DNA of 64,000 nucleotides from Azolla caroliniana. Lineage: Eukaryota; Plantae; Polypodiophyta. A model generated the notes under the pieces. It worked only from the letters and a program-made list of their open reading frames with translations. It was not told the origin of the DNA and ran no database searches. Positions 25,201 to 38,734 of this stretch are shown piece after piece. The stretch spans positions 8,990,001 to 9,054,000 of the forward strand of contig JBHGNT010000006.1 of assembly GCA_043228905.1 (NCBI GenBank). The letters run 5' to 3'. The position numbers were made by a program, and so were the translations under genes. Every line of letters starts with the position of its first letter. Within the stretch, counting starts at the first letter, position 1.

Positions 25201-28200
25201 TATTTGAAGAAGTTTTTCTGGGTTTAACATGGTTTTCTGATGTCATTTCTCCGAAGGTTGCTCGATAACAATAAGCTTGATGGGGCAATACCTTCAAATA
25301 TTGGAGACATAGCACCTCTGCAGATTATGTAAGTAAATTCAATGATACCTCACCAAACACTAGAAATTTTCTGTGAAATTAGCAGCATTATTTATTTTAA
25401 ACACAAAGCAAATTGTAACAATTCCTTAAAGAACATTAACCACACAGAACCTTTGCAGATTATATAAGTAAATTCAGTGATATCTCTCGAAACATTAGAA
25501 ATTTTCTATGAAAATAGCTCCAGTATTTATTTTAAATACAAAGCAAATTGTAACAGTTCCTTAAAGAACATTGACCACCATTTTTTTGTTAAGAATTTCA
25601 ACAATTGTCTAACTCTTCTTGTCTTCTTTAATCCTTGAAGACGGCTCGATCACAATTTATTAAGTGGATCTGTACCATCTACTCTTGGAAATCTCTCGAA
25701 TCTCACTACATTGTAAGCACTTTGAATAAACAAATACAATATGCACTATAAAGTTGTTGAACATACATAAAAGTTTTAATTCATCGATCTTTTAATAAAT
25801 CATCTTTTTGGAGTTAAAAGAATAAAAAAAGACTGGTGTTCATGCTAACGATACAGTTTTGAAACAACAGGCAACTGAGTAACAATAACCTCACTGGGAA
25901 ACTACCAGATCTATCAAACAACACAAAACTACAAATGCTGTAAGAAGCATGAGTATTCTTTCAAACGAGAGATATTTTGTTTAATCAAGGGCTTGATTTG
26001 TTATTGTAATTCCTATTTTTAATTTAATGCAGCCACCTCAGCAGCAATTTGTTCGATAGTGCAGAAATTCCAAGCTGGATCTCTAATTTGACCAACCTCC
26101 GTCTACTGTTAGGATCCTTCACTCTCTATACTTATGCATCATTGATTGATACTGTCTCCAACTGTTTGCTCTTTGACACTAAATTAATGAGCATGAAAAT
26201 GACAGCAATGAATGGGCATATCTATCATGCCGTTTACATTTTTTTATTATTTGGATGCATAATTTTGAATACCCGGTATATCACGTTTGTATTGATGTAT
26301 GTATGTTCCATGTCATAGGCAGGGAAAAGTGTCGATTATGCAATGCAATTAGCATCTGAATGGAAACAAAGTCATGTCATAATTGCAGTGTATATATGCA
26401 TATTGTTGGATAGATAAAATTTTTAACTTGAGGGAAATCCTCATATAAGTCAAGTTTTGAACGATGTAAAAAAATGTCTAATTTAGTAAAAAGCGAAAAG
26501 AAAACAGAGCTAATGTTTTGATCTCTTATTGGATGTGTGGAGCTGTTGTCATTGACATGTGACTACTGGTAGTGGTGAATGGTTAGAGATAAATTCTAAT
26601 GTCATTTCTTATAATTAATTGATATTATTTTCACAGGTCTATGGACTCAACAAACTTGATTGGAACTATACCTGTCGAAATATTTAGAAGTGCCAATATC
26701 TCCAATGTGTAATGCTTTCCCCTCAAGTTTTTTTAATAAATTTAGTTCTTATTAAAGAAAATTTAATTATAAAGAGAAGCTTTACGGAAGTTCTTTTTTT
26801 TGTTTTCCCTATACAGGACCCTCACATCAAACAATTTAAATGGCACTCTAAATCTCACTCTGATGAGTACATCAGTCCTGCTTGTGGATGTGAGAAACAA
26901 CAGTCTAGACAATCTTCTTCCTCCAGTGGGAAATTCTACTCATTCACAAATTCTGTGAGTGTTACTTTCACCATGACTTATCCACTCATTCGTTGTTAAG
27001 AACCAAAGAATGAGAAGTAGGGTTACTGTAATGATATAAATCTCGGATTATTTGGTGTTTCATATGTCTGCTCTATTGAAATTGTTTTCTATTGGCTTAC
27101 AATCAGGCTAGATGGAAATCCATATTGCGTGAATAATGCAAATCAATGCAATGCATATGAAACTGGTACGACTTCAACCAGCTCTACGAGTGATTCCGAA
27201 TGTACCAATGCATGTGATAATGGCTATGCAGTAAATCCCAAAGTAACCACAAGTTGCCTCTGCGCTCTTCCGGTGGTTGGAAGTATCAATTTTCTGGCAA
27301 CCAAAGTCCCTATTCTTACAGACAGTGACATTTCTTTGATAGAGACCGATTTGGCATTTGGCCTCACGGTGCTTTTGATAAATTCTACATCAATATCATT
27401 AGACCAAGTGGTGGTGAGTGTCATCTCTTACAATGAAATCAGTGTATCGGTCTTCCCACCTAGCAACATTAGTTCATGGTCCCCTACAGTTGCAACTTTT
27501 ATAGCATTTCATATCAAAAGCCAGGAAATCAGTTTGGATGAGATTGGTCCGTTGGTTTGTCAGTTCAATGGCAATCCGTATGGTGCTGGTACATCCTTTC
27601 AATCTTGTTATGCCAATCACTCCCAATCTTAAAAACAAAATCACTTTCTTCTTAATGTTTTTGTCTCCCAACTATGTTGAGTGTGCAAATACATTAATTG
27701 AATGATTTTTATGCGATTTATTACTTTATATGTTTTTTAATATTTGTTCATGTTTTATATTTTTCAGTGGTTGTAGTGAACAAACTCAGTGTTGGTGCGA
27801 AGATTGGTATTGCTGTTGGGGTCATAGTTTTTGTGGCAATTGTTTTGGTCCTTGCACTTTATGCTATGAGGCAGAAGAAACGAGCTGAGACTGCAGAAAA
27901 GCTGAATAAGCCATTTGGTACGTAGCTCAGATCTGTTTTTTCTCATTTTGCTAGATTTGAGTGATACCTAGAAATTAGTTTTATCTAGATCTATTCAAAA
28001 CTAACTCATTGTTTTTATTAAAATAAGGCCATGAATTTTGATTACTAGTTCTTGTTACATAAGTAGAACGAACACTCATAACATTCACTCATGATTTAGT
28101 ACCACCATTGGCACTTTTTTATTCTACTTTCTGGACATTCAGCTGCCCTCAGCATGTCATGATTAATTATTTCTATTAAATCCAGTGAGGTTCAGGTAGT

Positions 28201-30691
28201 AAATAAAAGTTGTAATTGTGTGAGTTTTGTTTTGAGAGATTAGTACTTGATTCAATACATACTTAAGCAAGTCAGAAAAACTTTGAAAAATTATGAGAGT
28301 ATTGGGATGTTTCTGATTAAAATGAACACTGAAAGAACTATGCATTGCCATATGCTTCACTCATTCTCTCTTGGCAGCTGCTTGGATTGCTGCTGGTGAA
28401 GGAGATCCAAATATTCCACAATTGAAAGGTGCTCGGTGGTTCTCGCTTGATGAAATTAGAAAATGCACGAACTACTTCAGCCAAAATAATGAAATCGGTG
28501 AAGGTGGATATGGCAAGGTATTAACATACACACATACATAAGTAGCAAACTCTTTACAGAAGTTGGGATTTTGGATCTAATAGGGCACAATATTGTTGGA
28601 TAATGTTTTCACATGAAATATAATCTTTTAAAGGTATATAAAGGCTTCTTGGAATCGGGAGTGAAAGTCGCAATTAAGAGAGCATCGGCAGATTCATTAC
28701 AGGGTGCTGATGAGTTCCGAAACGAGATAGAGCTCTTGTCTAGGGTTCATCATAGAAATCTACTTGGTTTGATTGGTTTTTGTTTCGAAGAAGGAGAACA
28801 GATGCTGGTATATGAGTTCATGCCAAATGGGACGATGCGTGAAAGCCTCTCAGGTACCCATTTTCTTGGGGGGTGGGGGGGGTGGGGGGGGAACATTATG
28901 TCCTACATAAATTTCACTGGATTTAGATTCAATAAGAGTAATAGCATTTCTTGTGATTTGTTGTGATAAACTTTATCTGTAGTGATTTAGAAAATTGAGA
29001 TCCATTCAAAGGAAAATACACATGCGTGGTGCTTTTTCTGTTTTTATACTCATGGCTTCTTCTGTCACCCTTGAACAGTTTTCAGTTTGTCAGATTTATT
29101 TTTTAGAAGAACTGTGAAATATACCCGAGTCCTGGAATGCCCTTGAGTTTTGGATATTTACCAAAATGCTCTTGATCAACCTAGCAAGAGTGAGAAAATA
29201 GGGTTGACTTGATGTAGGAGGGATTGGTTGACCAGAGGTTATTTCAGGGAAATAACAAGAACTTAGAAGCATTTGGGGATTATTATTTTTTAAATCAGGA
29301 ATTTTGGAGCTCCTCCCTTGCCTTTTTTCTGGTATTTTTAATCAGTCAAGTTCCCTTTGTCATTCAATGAAATAACTGGCAAATCAAGGTACTCCAGAAA
29401 TGATAGCATGATGCATGAATATGTGACATCTATATACATATATATTTGTCTCAGATTTAGCTTGATATATTAATATGTCCAACAGGAAAATTTTCAAATT
29501 TTCAAAAATTCAGTCAGCATTTTTGTGACAGGCCACAATTGTTTTTAATGTTTGATAGGCAAGAGTGGTATAAACATGGATTGGGAGAGGAGACTTCAAC
29601 TAGCACTGGGCTCTGCGAGAGGCATAGCTTACTTGCATTCTGAAGCGAACCCTCCGATCATTCACCGGGACATAAAGTCGAACAACATCCTTCTCGATGA
29701 GAAACTGGTGGCCAAAGTTGCCGACTTTGGGTTGTCTAAACTTGCGCCCGTAGACGAAGACGGAGGAGCACCCATATCCACACAAGTCAAAGGAACACTA
29801 GTATGTTACTGAATATTTTGAAATAAATAATAAATTAATAGTAATACTAAATTTTGTTTGATAAGAGAGAAGAAAACAAATATTAAAGAGGCCATATCAA
29901 ATATAAAAGAAAAGAAATTTGAACTGTAGTTGAAAAGAAAAGAAAAAATACTGAATATTTCATGAAAAAGCAAACTATATGCTGCTATGGAAGAAAAAAA
30001 AAATACTAATTCTTGCTTGGATTACTTGGAAAGGAAAACATAATTCTGGATATTGTATGCACAGAACAAGTGAGAACAAGCCTGCTGTAGTTCTAAAAAC
30101 ATGAAAAAGAGTTAAATTCTAACTTTAATCTATTAAAAATGTAGTGAAGAAAATTCATTATACATATCTAACTTTCTGTTCTTTCTGGAATGACAAATTT
30201 TTCAGGGATACTTGGACCCAGACTACTTCATGACAAATCACCTTACAGACAAGAGTGATGTTTATAGCTTTGGTGTTGTCTTGCTTGAGCTTCTAACTGG
30301 AAAGTTACCGATCCAAGACGGGAAATATATGGTGCGTGAGGTTAAGTCGGCTTTTGCACAAGGTGGAATCGAACTCGTTGTGAAATCCTTAGTGGACCCT
30401 ATCCTTAGAGAATGCCCTCTGAATTTGCTAGAAAAGATGGTCGAGTTAGCATTGGCTTGTTTGCAAGATGATCCGGATTCACGTCCGAACATGAGTGAAG
30501 TTACTAAACAGATAGAATTCATTGTGGAGGTTCCAAGTTCCAGTCTCAATAAATCGTCAAGAGACACACATGAAGCCGTCGTTAGGCATCCTTACGAAGA
30601 TGGAATTGCAATGACAGAGAGAAATGGGAGGGCCTCATTCGAATATAGTGGAACTATCGTTGGAATGAGCACTGTTCTCCAACCTAAATAA
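22201..30691 (+). CDS. LRR receptor-like kinase, LRR-VIII-1 subfamily (HPCA1/CARD1-like), ~19 exons
   Basis: Signal-peptide exon 22201-22339; LRR-NT exon 23301-23430 (W..S.DPC..W.GI.C); series of ~72-bp LRR exons 23873-26954; Cys-rich exon ~27107-27588 (SCLCALP); TM exon ~27768-27917; [10 protein letters not shown] exon ~28378-28517; kinase exons ~28634-28853, 29559-29800 ([15 protein letters not shown]) and 30206-30691 (GYLDPDY...QPK*); GT-AG borders. Confidence 0.93.
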
Positions 30692-32567
30692 GAAAAAAGG
30701 CTAGGAAACCAAAAGAATTGATAACCCACTTGTACAATGCGTTATTACATTTGATCAATTCTGTTGAGAATTGTCTTGATAATAAAAAAAGAGGTGTGAA
30801 TGATAAGGTAAAACTCTTTTTAATTGTGTCATGTACCACAATATCCTAATGTGTCAAAATTCCACAAGTGTAGTTAGAATGAGACGTGGGTCAAGCTAAC
30901 CTTGTTTTCAGATTCTACGAAACATGAACCCTAGACTAAGACATTAGTGGGGCTAAGTAAAAGCCCAATGTTTGTACTTAGTGTTGGTCATGAAAGGGCA
31001 TGAAGCTTCACAATGTATATAAAACTAAGACTTCGATTGTGTTTTATTGAAGCTATGAGTTTGTTTTTTGGTGCTGAGTACGTTGGCTTGAAAGATATAG
31101 CTATGCCACTATGTTGTAGATTTGGAATTTGTTGATGATATAGGTCTAGTATACTCATACAAGCCTATTAGAACCTCAAATTCACATGGAGTATATTTAT
31201 TAGAGGAATTTGTGTAGTACTTGTGCATGTGCATGTGACCCACAAGAACCCATTTTGAAGTGAAGGATCATGGATGATAAATGCAACAACTTGGACTTTA
31301 GCGTAATGGGGAATGGCTTTTGTGTGGTTTCATTCATTCAAAGGGCAAAAAATTGCAGTTTTCTCATAGCAATTCCAAACATACGCTTGTAGAAATTTAC
31401 TTACGTATGGTTGTGATGCATCAAGGATATCTCACGCAAATCACAATTTTAACAAATCTTCTCTTCATAAATTATGCACTCTTGAATCCTACAAAGTGTT
31501 CTAACTGTAATTAAAATGGCATTTATGGATGTTGATAATCTATTATTTGATGGGACATGTTTGTGTAGGCATGATATGCTGGAATAAGTTTATTAACTTT
31601 TGTCAAATGATGCTTAAGAATTTGATTTAATCATAGCATCACCTTTTATGAAAAGGTGATGCTATGATCAAATCAAATTCTTCATTGTTTCACATTTATG
31701 ATCATTTCAAAACCAAATACTTCATTGTTTGACACAAGCAAGTTTGATAGTAGTTTTACTTTATAACAATATTCCTGGAAGTATGCTTGTTTCATTCATC
31801 AATCAAATACGTCATTGTTTGAAATTAATGAATTTTCAAACCACATTATTCAAAAATACTCAAGAGGTCAAAGATTAAAAAGTTACATGGAAGTGTTTAA
31901 ACGCTCTTCAAGTTATGAGTATTTTTCAACAATCAATTGTCATTTGGATGATCCATGGTGCACAAGAAAAGTTCTTCAATCATTGACAACCTTGCCCTTG
32001 AGTTGAAGCTTGTAGAAAACCACCTAACAAATAATACGGACTGAAACCTCAGTCCATGTGTTGGTACACATACATAAACAAATCATCATTATGTTTGTCT
32101 TATTGTATTACATTCAAATTCAATCAACATACTTGTGAACCCTCCGTTCTATCTAGGCAATCATTGTTGCATTCTCAATTAGTTGATATTTTGGACAATT
32201 TGTTCATGTGCTTGATTGATGGAATACATTCTATGAAATGTATCTTTTGTCAAAGGAAGAAGAGAACATACGCGCGGCATGATGTAAATTTTTCTTGTCA
32301 CATAAATAGGTTTGTCTTCTATGAACATCATAATATTGGTTTCGCAGCATCTTCATATGAATAACCTCTCAAATTAGACACAAACGCATTTGGAATATTA
32401 GTCAACAATTATGATATTTGCAAATATGATTATGAGTTTGATTCCATGTACACTGGTCTTCCCAACATAGGTTCACAATAGTATAGGGTCATATATATAC
32501 ATATATACATATATTAAGAATTTTAGAGCCCACTTCTTTCCCCATATCAAATCAAAACATACCATTC

Positions 32568-35500
32568 CTACAACTTTATTGTACATACGGCAGCCCAAGG
32601 AAGTCTAGAAGGATGAGATAGACGAGGTTGTGTGCATACATGCCTCCAGACCTTCTTCTTTGGATGATAAACTTGAAAGAATTGAGAATGTTTCCTCCCA
32701 CGAGCAATGCAACCTTGCGATTGATTAAAAGATAGAACAAACAACTCACCATCCAGGGCCACTAGCCTGCACAATGAATTCGTGGGAATCTTCCGCGGTA
32801 CTACTGACTCACGAATCCAGATATTTGAAAGGACATTGTACCTTGCGAAGTTAATAAATGCCAAACAAATCAGAACTCGTTGCCAAACAAAACACATGAA
32901 AATTTCAACTTGGGGACAGAATCCATGCATAAAAAATTCAGAAAATGTTACATGTTTTGAGTCTTCACGCAAGGACAATTGGAAGAAAGCAAGATGCTTG
33001 TTGGCAGTGGGTTTAGTGGATGTATTCAACTGTGACATACCAGAGAGAACACAAGAATGGTTATGGATGGCTATCTATGCATGACCCACCCCAAAAAAGC
33101 ATGAGTTTTCAAAAACTCATCAAATAATAACAATTTGCAGGTAATTGAGATTGAGACTCAAGTTTGAGCATCATTGCTGAAGACAATGCACTATAAAAAA
33201 ATATTAACACATTGAAATTGCAAAAGCAGAGTTCCAAAAACTCATCATCAAAGTGAAGTGACGGGCAAGGAATGAGATTGACATTTAATCATTGGAGCCA
33301 AATTATTTCAAAAAATTTGTGCATTTGGCCTACGTATCGCATTTGCAGCAAGCTGTTCAATTGCAAGTAGTATGGTGTTACGTCAATAAGAAATATGATA
33401 TTTTGCCTCTACGGCTTTTTGGGCAATTGATAAAACCTAGTTAAACCAGAAACTTAATATATTCATTTGCCTTCCAATATGTCAAATCCTCACAATGTTT
33501 CCTATTGAGATCTATATGAGTTCCACGCTCTATGTACCATAGCTCCCCCACAATCAGATCTTCAAGTTGAAGGTAGCTACGAGTACATTTTCATGGTTGT
33601 ACTCTTATTACATTGATCATTGTCTGTACTGCCAAATGAAGGTTTCTTAGATTTGACTTTATAACTTTCAAACTAGGTTTACTTGTTGGCGTGAAATTTT
33701 TTATTTGTAAATCAAATTTGTCTCCTGGGCCTGAAGTAAATAAAAATGCAGTTCTGCAGCAGCAAAGGGGGAGGAAGAAAGAATCGCATGGATACCTACA
33801 ATGGCCTTCTATAATCTTTGTAAATGCTTTGGCACCATTAGCATCAGCTAGGCAAGGATTGTGCCATTAGGCTTGTCTGCACACATAACTTCCACATTAG
33901 GGAGACGTCTAGTAGACTAACGTTGTACACACATACATTCCCATTAGTGAAGTTTCTAGTAGTCACACCATAGCCAGAATCTGATATAGGTTTCAGCATA
34001 CATTTGCCACCATTGCCCGAGTAAGCCTTCCGCAACATAATTTCCATTTAATGAGGTGTCTAATAATCACATCTGTATTCAGCATGTGACATAAGTATAA
34101 TCTTCTGATTTTAGGGCTTCAGCATACATTCATTCTCTTCTCTCCAAGGTATAATCTTAGAGCCAATCGGTGTTTCACATTTGTGTTATGTTTGCCGTTT
34201 CAATATTTTTGTTTTCCAAAGTGAACATCAATATGTTTGTGTTCTACCAATCTTCAAGCAAACTGACTATACCATTTCAAAGTTCATAGAGAGGTAGAAA
34301 ATAGAGTGGATTCATGCTCAAGATCATTGCTCATATTATCAGCATTTCTCTATATGCTACAGCAGTTTACATGTGCTATCTTCTCTCCTTTTGCTCCTTT
34401 TTTGTTCCTTCGGGCTATAAAACCCTCATTGTAGATAAAAAAAAGCGTCCTTGAGACTGTTTGATTTGTGTAGTGTATAACTAATTTTTTTCTCCCATGA
34501 ATTAGGCCTTAAAAGTCCTTCCCAGAGATAATATTTTTCAAAGAAAGGTGGATTTAAACAACCATTCTAATTATCTTTTGCTTTAGAGAGTAGAAACTGA
34601 AAATGCCAAAGAGGTTTCAAAGCTTCTCAGATGGATTTTGCAAATTGTCATAATCCTTACGTGACATAGGAATGCATATTTAGGTATTAGATGATCTAGA
34701 AGGATACTGACAGTGATACTCAAAGATTGAGATAGCAATTGTATATAAATAGCCTGAATATTGACAAAAGAAAGTGAAAATAGTGTTACTTCAAAAATTC
34801 AGACATTACAAAAGTGTACCTGAAGATAACAGAGCCATCGAGCATGAAAATGCTAGTCCCTGACGAATCATCCTCTGAATGGACTACAGCAACTTTACCT
34901 AGTCGTCTTCTTTCTCCTTCTTCCCACATGGGCTGCAAATATCTCCATGTGCCTGTCTTTAGATCTAAAATCTCACCATCCCTGTAATGCTCGTCTGTAG
35001 GCAGAACACCAGCAATTGTTCCTGGCCTTCCATAGCCACCAATCACCCAAAATTCGCCTTCCAAAATAAAACCCACACAGCCTGCCCTAATGTTCTTCAA
35101 ACCCTCAACGAAATGCCATCTATCATTCTTCATATCATACTTCTCTGCTGCAGATATTCTATTCCCCTCAGCAGGAAATTGTTCATGTCTAGACCCACCT
35201 CCAGCGACGATAATGCAATCCTCATCGTAGACTCCACAAGCAAAGCTCCCCCTAGGCACTCTCATGTTTGAGAGTCTCTCCCAACAACTACGGGATGGGT
35301 CATACTTGAAAACCTTTGATGATGCCAAGGGCTTATCGATGGGAAAACTTCTTGCATCAAAGAGAGATCCTCCAATGACTAAAAGACTGGAATCAACTGC
35401 TATACAATGGAAGTTGGTAAGGCCGTAAGTGGATGGATCACAAGGCATGGGGGGTACCAAAGCCCAAGCTTCGCTTCTCGGATCGAATATCTCACCACAA

Positions 35501-35775
35501 GTGAGTGATGGATCATCTCTGAAAATGCACAAAAAATCCTCCACCTTCTTCCACTTTCGACGAGTGTCTAGAAGGCGTCGAGATGAGAATGCAGAATGCC
35601 ATGCTTTGCTCACAACCTTCAATCTACCATGGTGGCATAGTGGCACAAAAGCCAAACAAAGGTGTGCTAAATCATTAGGAAGACCTGGAAAAATGCTATT
35701 GTGATCCTCAAAGACTACTGTTGCTGAATCATTAGATGTATTAGAGGTCTTCTGGCAGCTTGAGAGATCTCTCAT
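32568..35775 (-). CDS. F-box/kelch-repeat protein (OR23-like), coding exons 35775-34820 and 32841-32568
   Basis: F-box IFPGLPNDLAHLCLAFVP; kelch repeats with VIGGSLFDARSFPIDKP, PRGSFAC, VAGGGSRH, FWVIGGYG; AG|GTACAC and AAG|G junction restores R-YN. Confidence 0.9.
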
Positions 35776-35784
35776 GTCCTTCTG

Positions 35785-36705
35785 CTAGGGATATATACAT
35801 ACGCTGATGTGTACTTTTTTTATGCCTGTATCATTATACAAAACCAAATAAACCCTCGAGTACATGTGGTTTTTTAGCTCTGTATCAAAACAAAAGCCTA
35901 ATACACCATCTACTATGGATGTATTTTTTGAGTTCTTAATCAATACAAAAAACAAATGAACTCTCTGCGAGGATCAAATAAGCTCCCTGCTGATGCACAA
36001 ATCTCATTGAATATGTGAGCTTTTGTAGCTCTCGATCAAATCCAAAAACCAAATACACGTTCCACAAGGTTGCGAACCTCATGGCATGTGTGCTTTTTTA
36101 GCTCTGTATCAATGCAAGAAACCGAATACACTCTACGCTGGACTAGGCCTCTTAAACAGTTGAATATGTGTATTGGTATAAGCTCGTGATTGATACAAAA
36201 ACCAAATAAAACCATCTACTAGGGGCTATATATACAGATCTCTTTGAGTGTGTCCTATTCTAGCTCTGTGCCAACACGAGAAACTAAACAATCTCACAGC
36301 CACGGTTGAATATCTACATATCTCTTGAATAAGTGGCTTTCTGAGCTATGTATCGACATAAATAGAAAAATAAAAACAACCAAAATACCTGACCCCAACA
36401 TGCTTGGAAGAGAATAAAATAATGCCAATCCTAGCCCTAAAATACCCAGAGAAAAACCCAAACAAAACCCTAAAAAAAGGCAGAGAATTATGCAGGAATG
36501 GAGAAGCTTTGGATAAAAGAGAATACCTGCGGCAGAGGACAAGGGTCGATTTGTCTCCCGAAAGTTTCTTCCTTTCTTTTTCTTTTTTCTGCGTCCCACC
36601 CACCCGTGCACGCACGCACAGACACAGACACAGACACACAGAGGGAGAGAGAGATCATTTGGACGCTTTCACACTCTCATGGCCATTTCGTTCCTCCCTA
36701 GCGAC
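35785..36705 (-). promoter_or_regulatory. Promoter, non-coding exon 1 and 5'-UTR intron (~36526-35785) of the F-box/kelch gene
   Basis: CT/GT-rich leader, GCAG|GTATTC donor at 36526, TAGCAG acceptor 6-9 nt before the ATG, telo-box AAACCCTAA at ~36465, degenerate repeat array in the intron. Confidence 0.65.
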
Positions 36706-38734
36706 ACACCCCCAAGTGTCATGGGCCATATGGCCATCCCTCCCCTAAGGGATGGACAACTGTCTTCGACTCCAGATGTGGCGAGTGTCTCGTTCGTAAC
36801 GCAATCAAGGGGCAGTTAGAAGAGTCCGAATATATTCTTTCCTATGCAAACCCGATTTATGCCTCTCTTATCCATCCCCGATTTGTAATCTCGGTACCTT
36901 TTGATCGCAATGATGTACGGTTGGACAATTGACAAACTCGGAGAACTCGAGTTACACGGAATAATTCTTTGCTTTCATCAAGTGCATAGTAATAGGGGTG
37001 TTGGCATTACACCAACTCTTGACTTTATATGAGTCCTTTTCCAATTGTTCGAGTATTCTCGAATAATCAATTCTCTAGCAGTCAGTACGATGGCACCTAC
37101 CTATCGAGGTATGACTATTATCCATGCATACAGTGGCTTATGGGTTGTATAGCCCTTTGCCTAAAACATATAAACATGCATAGAGCATTGTCATTAACCA
37201 TGTATTTAAGGGTAGGGAGGATAATGGATGTCGCGTCAAAGTAAGTGAATAAGAGAGTTGTTATGGTTAGTTGTAGTAGAGTTGGTTGCTTTTGATGAGA
37301 ACTAAAGAAAATTCCCCTTTTTGTGTTTTGAAGACATGTTTGAAAGGCAAGTTCTTCGTCATGTCCACAAAAACATTATTCCTTTTCCCTTAGTGCCTTG
37401 TGTCCAACCATCACCTTATTGTTATTGTTACCCTATACACCATTAGTATCACCATTACAACATTGTTGTCATCATTCTAGCATTTGTCACTCTCATTATT
37501 ATCATTGTCACAATGGTTTTGGTTGTGATGCTCCATCCTCACAATATAGCATGTAGGCCAATCATTAATTGTCATTTGTTTTCTTTGTCCATACATCACG
37601 TCGTCTAATGGTGTGAGATGTCTAATGATCTTAGGTTATAGGTTAGTTAGGTAAGACCAAATTGAATGACACGAGGTAAACCCTCCAAACTTACCCATAG
37701 AGTAACCTCTCTTATATACACATTGGCCTGGAACATGCTTGCTGAATAGTGGAAAAGGACTTGCAATACATATATCAAGGATGGTTGTTTATGGGTTGAT
37801 GCGTACTCAAGAAAAATTCTATCTAAGGTTTATTTGAGATATCAATTACAATTGCATAAGGAGTCATGTGTTGAAGGTTAATTGAAAGTTTTGTATAAAC
37901 CTGCTCATGTGGTAGTAGGAAAGGGAATATGATACAGATGAAGGGTTGGGTGTGATTACTTGTGGATGGATGCTTATCCATGATGACTTGCATCTTAAAT
38001 TTTCATGAGATATAGATTGCAAATGCACAAGGAGTCATGAAGGAGCATCGAGTATTGATGAAGCTTAATTGAAAGCATTAGTTGTGACTCAAGAAGCAAA
38101 CAAAATTTGCCCAAATTACATATTAGGTAGTATGGAGAAACCAATGAGTTATTGAAAGGAATACAAAAAATGGAGTGTTGACATTTAGATTGTCAACACC
38201 ACACCATGAGAGTTTTCCAATTTCATGTACAATGTCACGTTGTGGGCCTCTCGATCAAGGAAATGGAACTTTTCTCCAGCCTTAGTTTTAATGAATGGAA
38301 CGATGCGGCCCGCCTCGTTTTACCCGCAACAAGTGACTGTGTGCTTGCCTCATATACATTCAAAAAGACCCGCTTTACGTGCGGGGTCTCCTCTGGAAGG
38401 TGTGGTGGGGCAGGTAACTTTGGCCGAAGTTGTCATACATCCCCGATTCCGATTCCGATTCCGATTCCGCATCTGCTCTTTGCGGTAGAATGATGGCACC
38501 TTAGCAAGGTGGTTTCCCTTTAGTAGCAAGTAAGCTCTTAATAGTAGTAGTAGCAACACCAACATTACTTTTGTGTGTGCAGTGTGCACTATGAGCGTGT
38601 GTTGGGGGGGGGGGACATAAATGTAATAAAAATATATAATACATACAAACTACACTGACTTAAGAGTGTGTGAGGAAAACGCTGGTTTTTCGATTTTATA
38701 TGTATTTTTGGTGCTTCTTCTTCTGAACGTGGCG

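Noticed and set aside
29110-29290. Degenerate Mutator-like MITE in an RLK intron
   Set aside because: Only patchy inverted similarity (TTTACCAAAATGC) and no TSD could be established.
35805-36390. CRISPR-like repeat-spacer array
   Set aside because: Eukaryotic intron with highly degenerate repeats, irregular spacing and no cas genes.
38443-38470. (CCGATT)n upstream of GET1 as a regulatory element
   Set aside because: Short hexamer microsatellite; no evidence of function from sequence alone.
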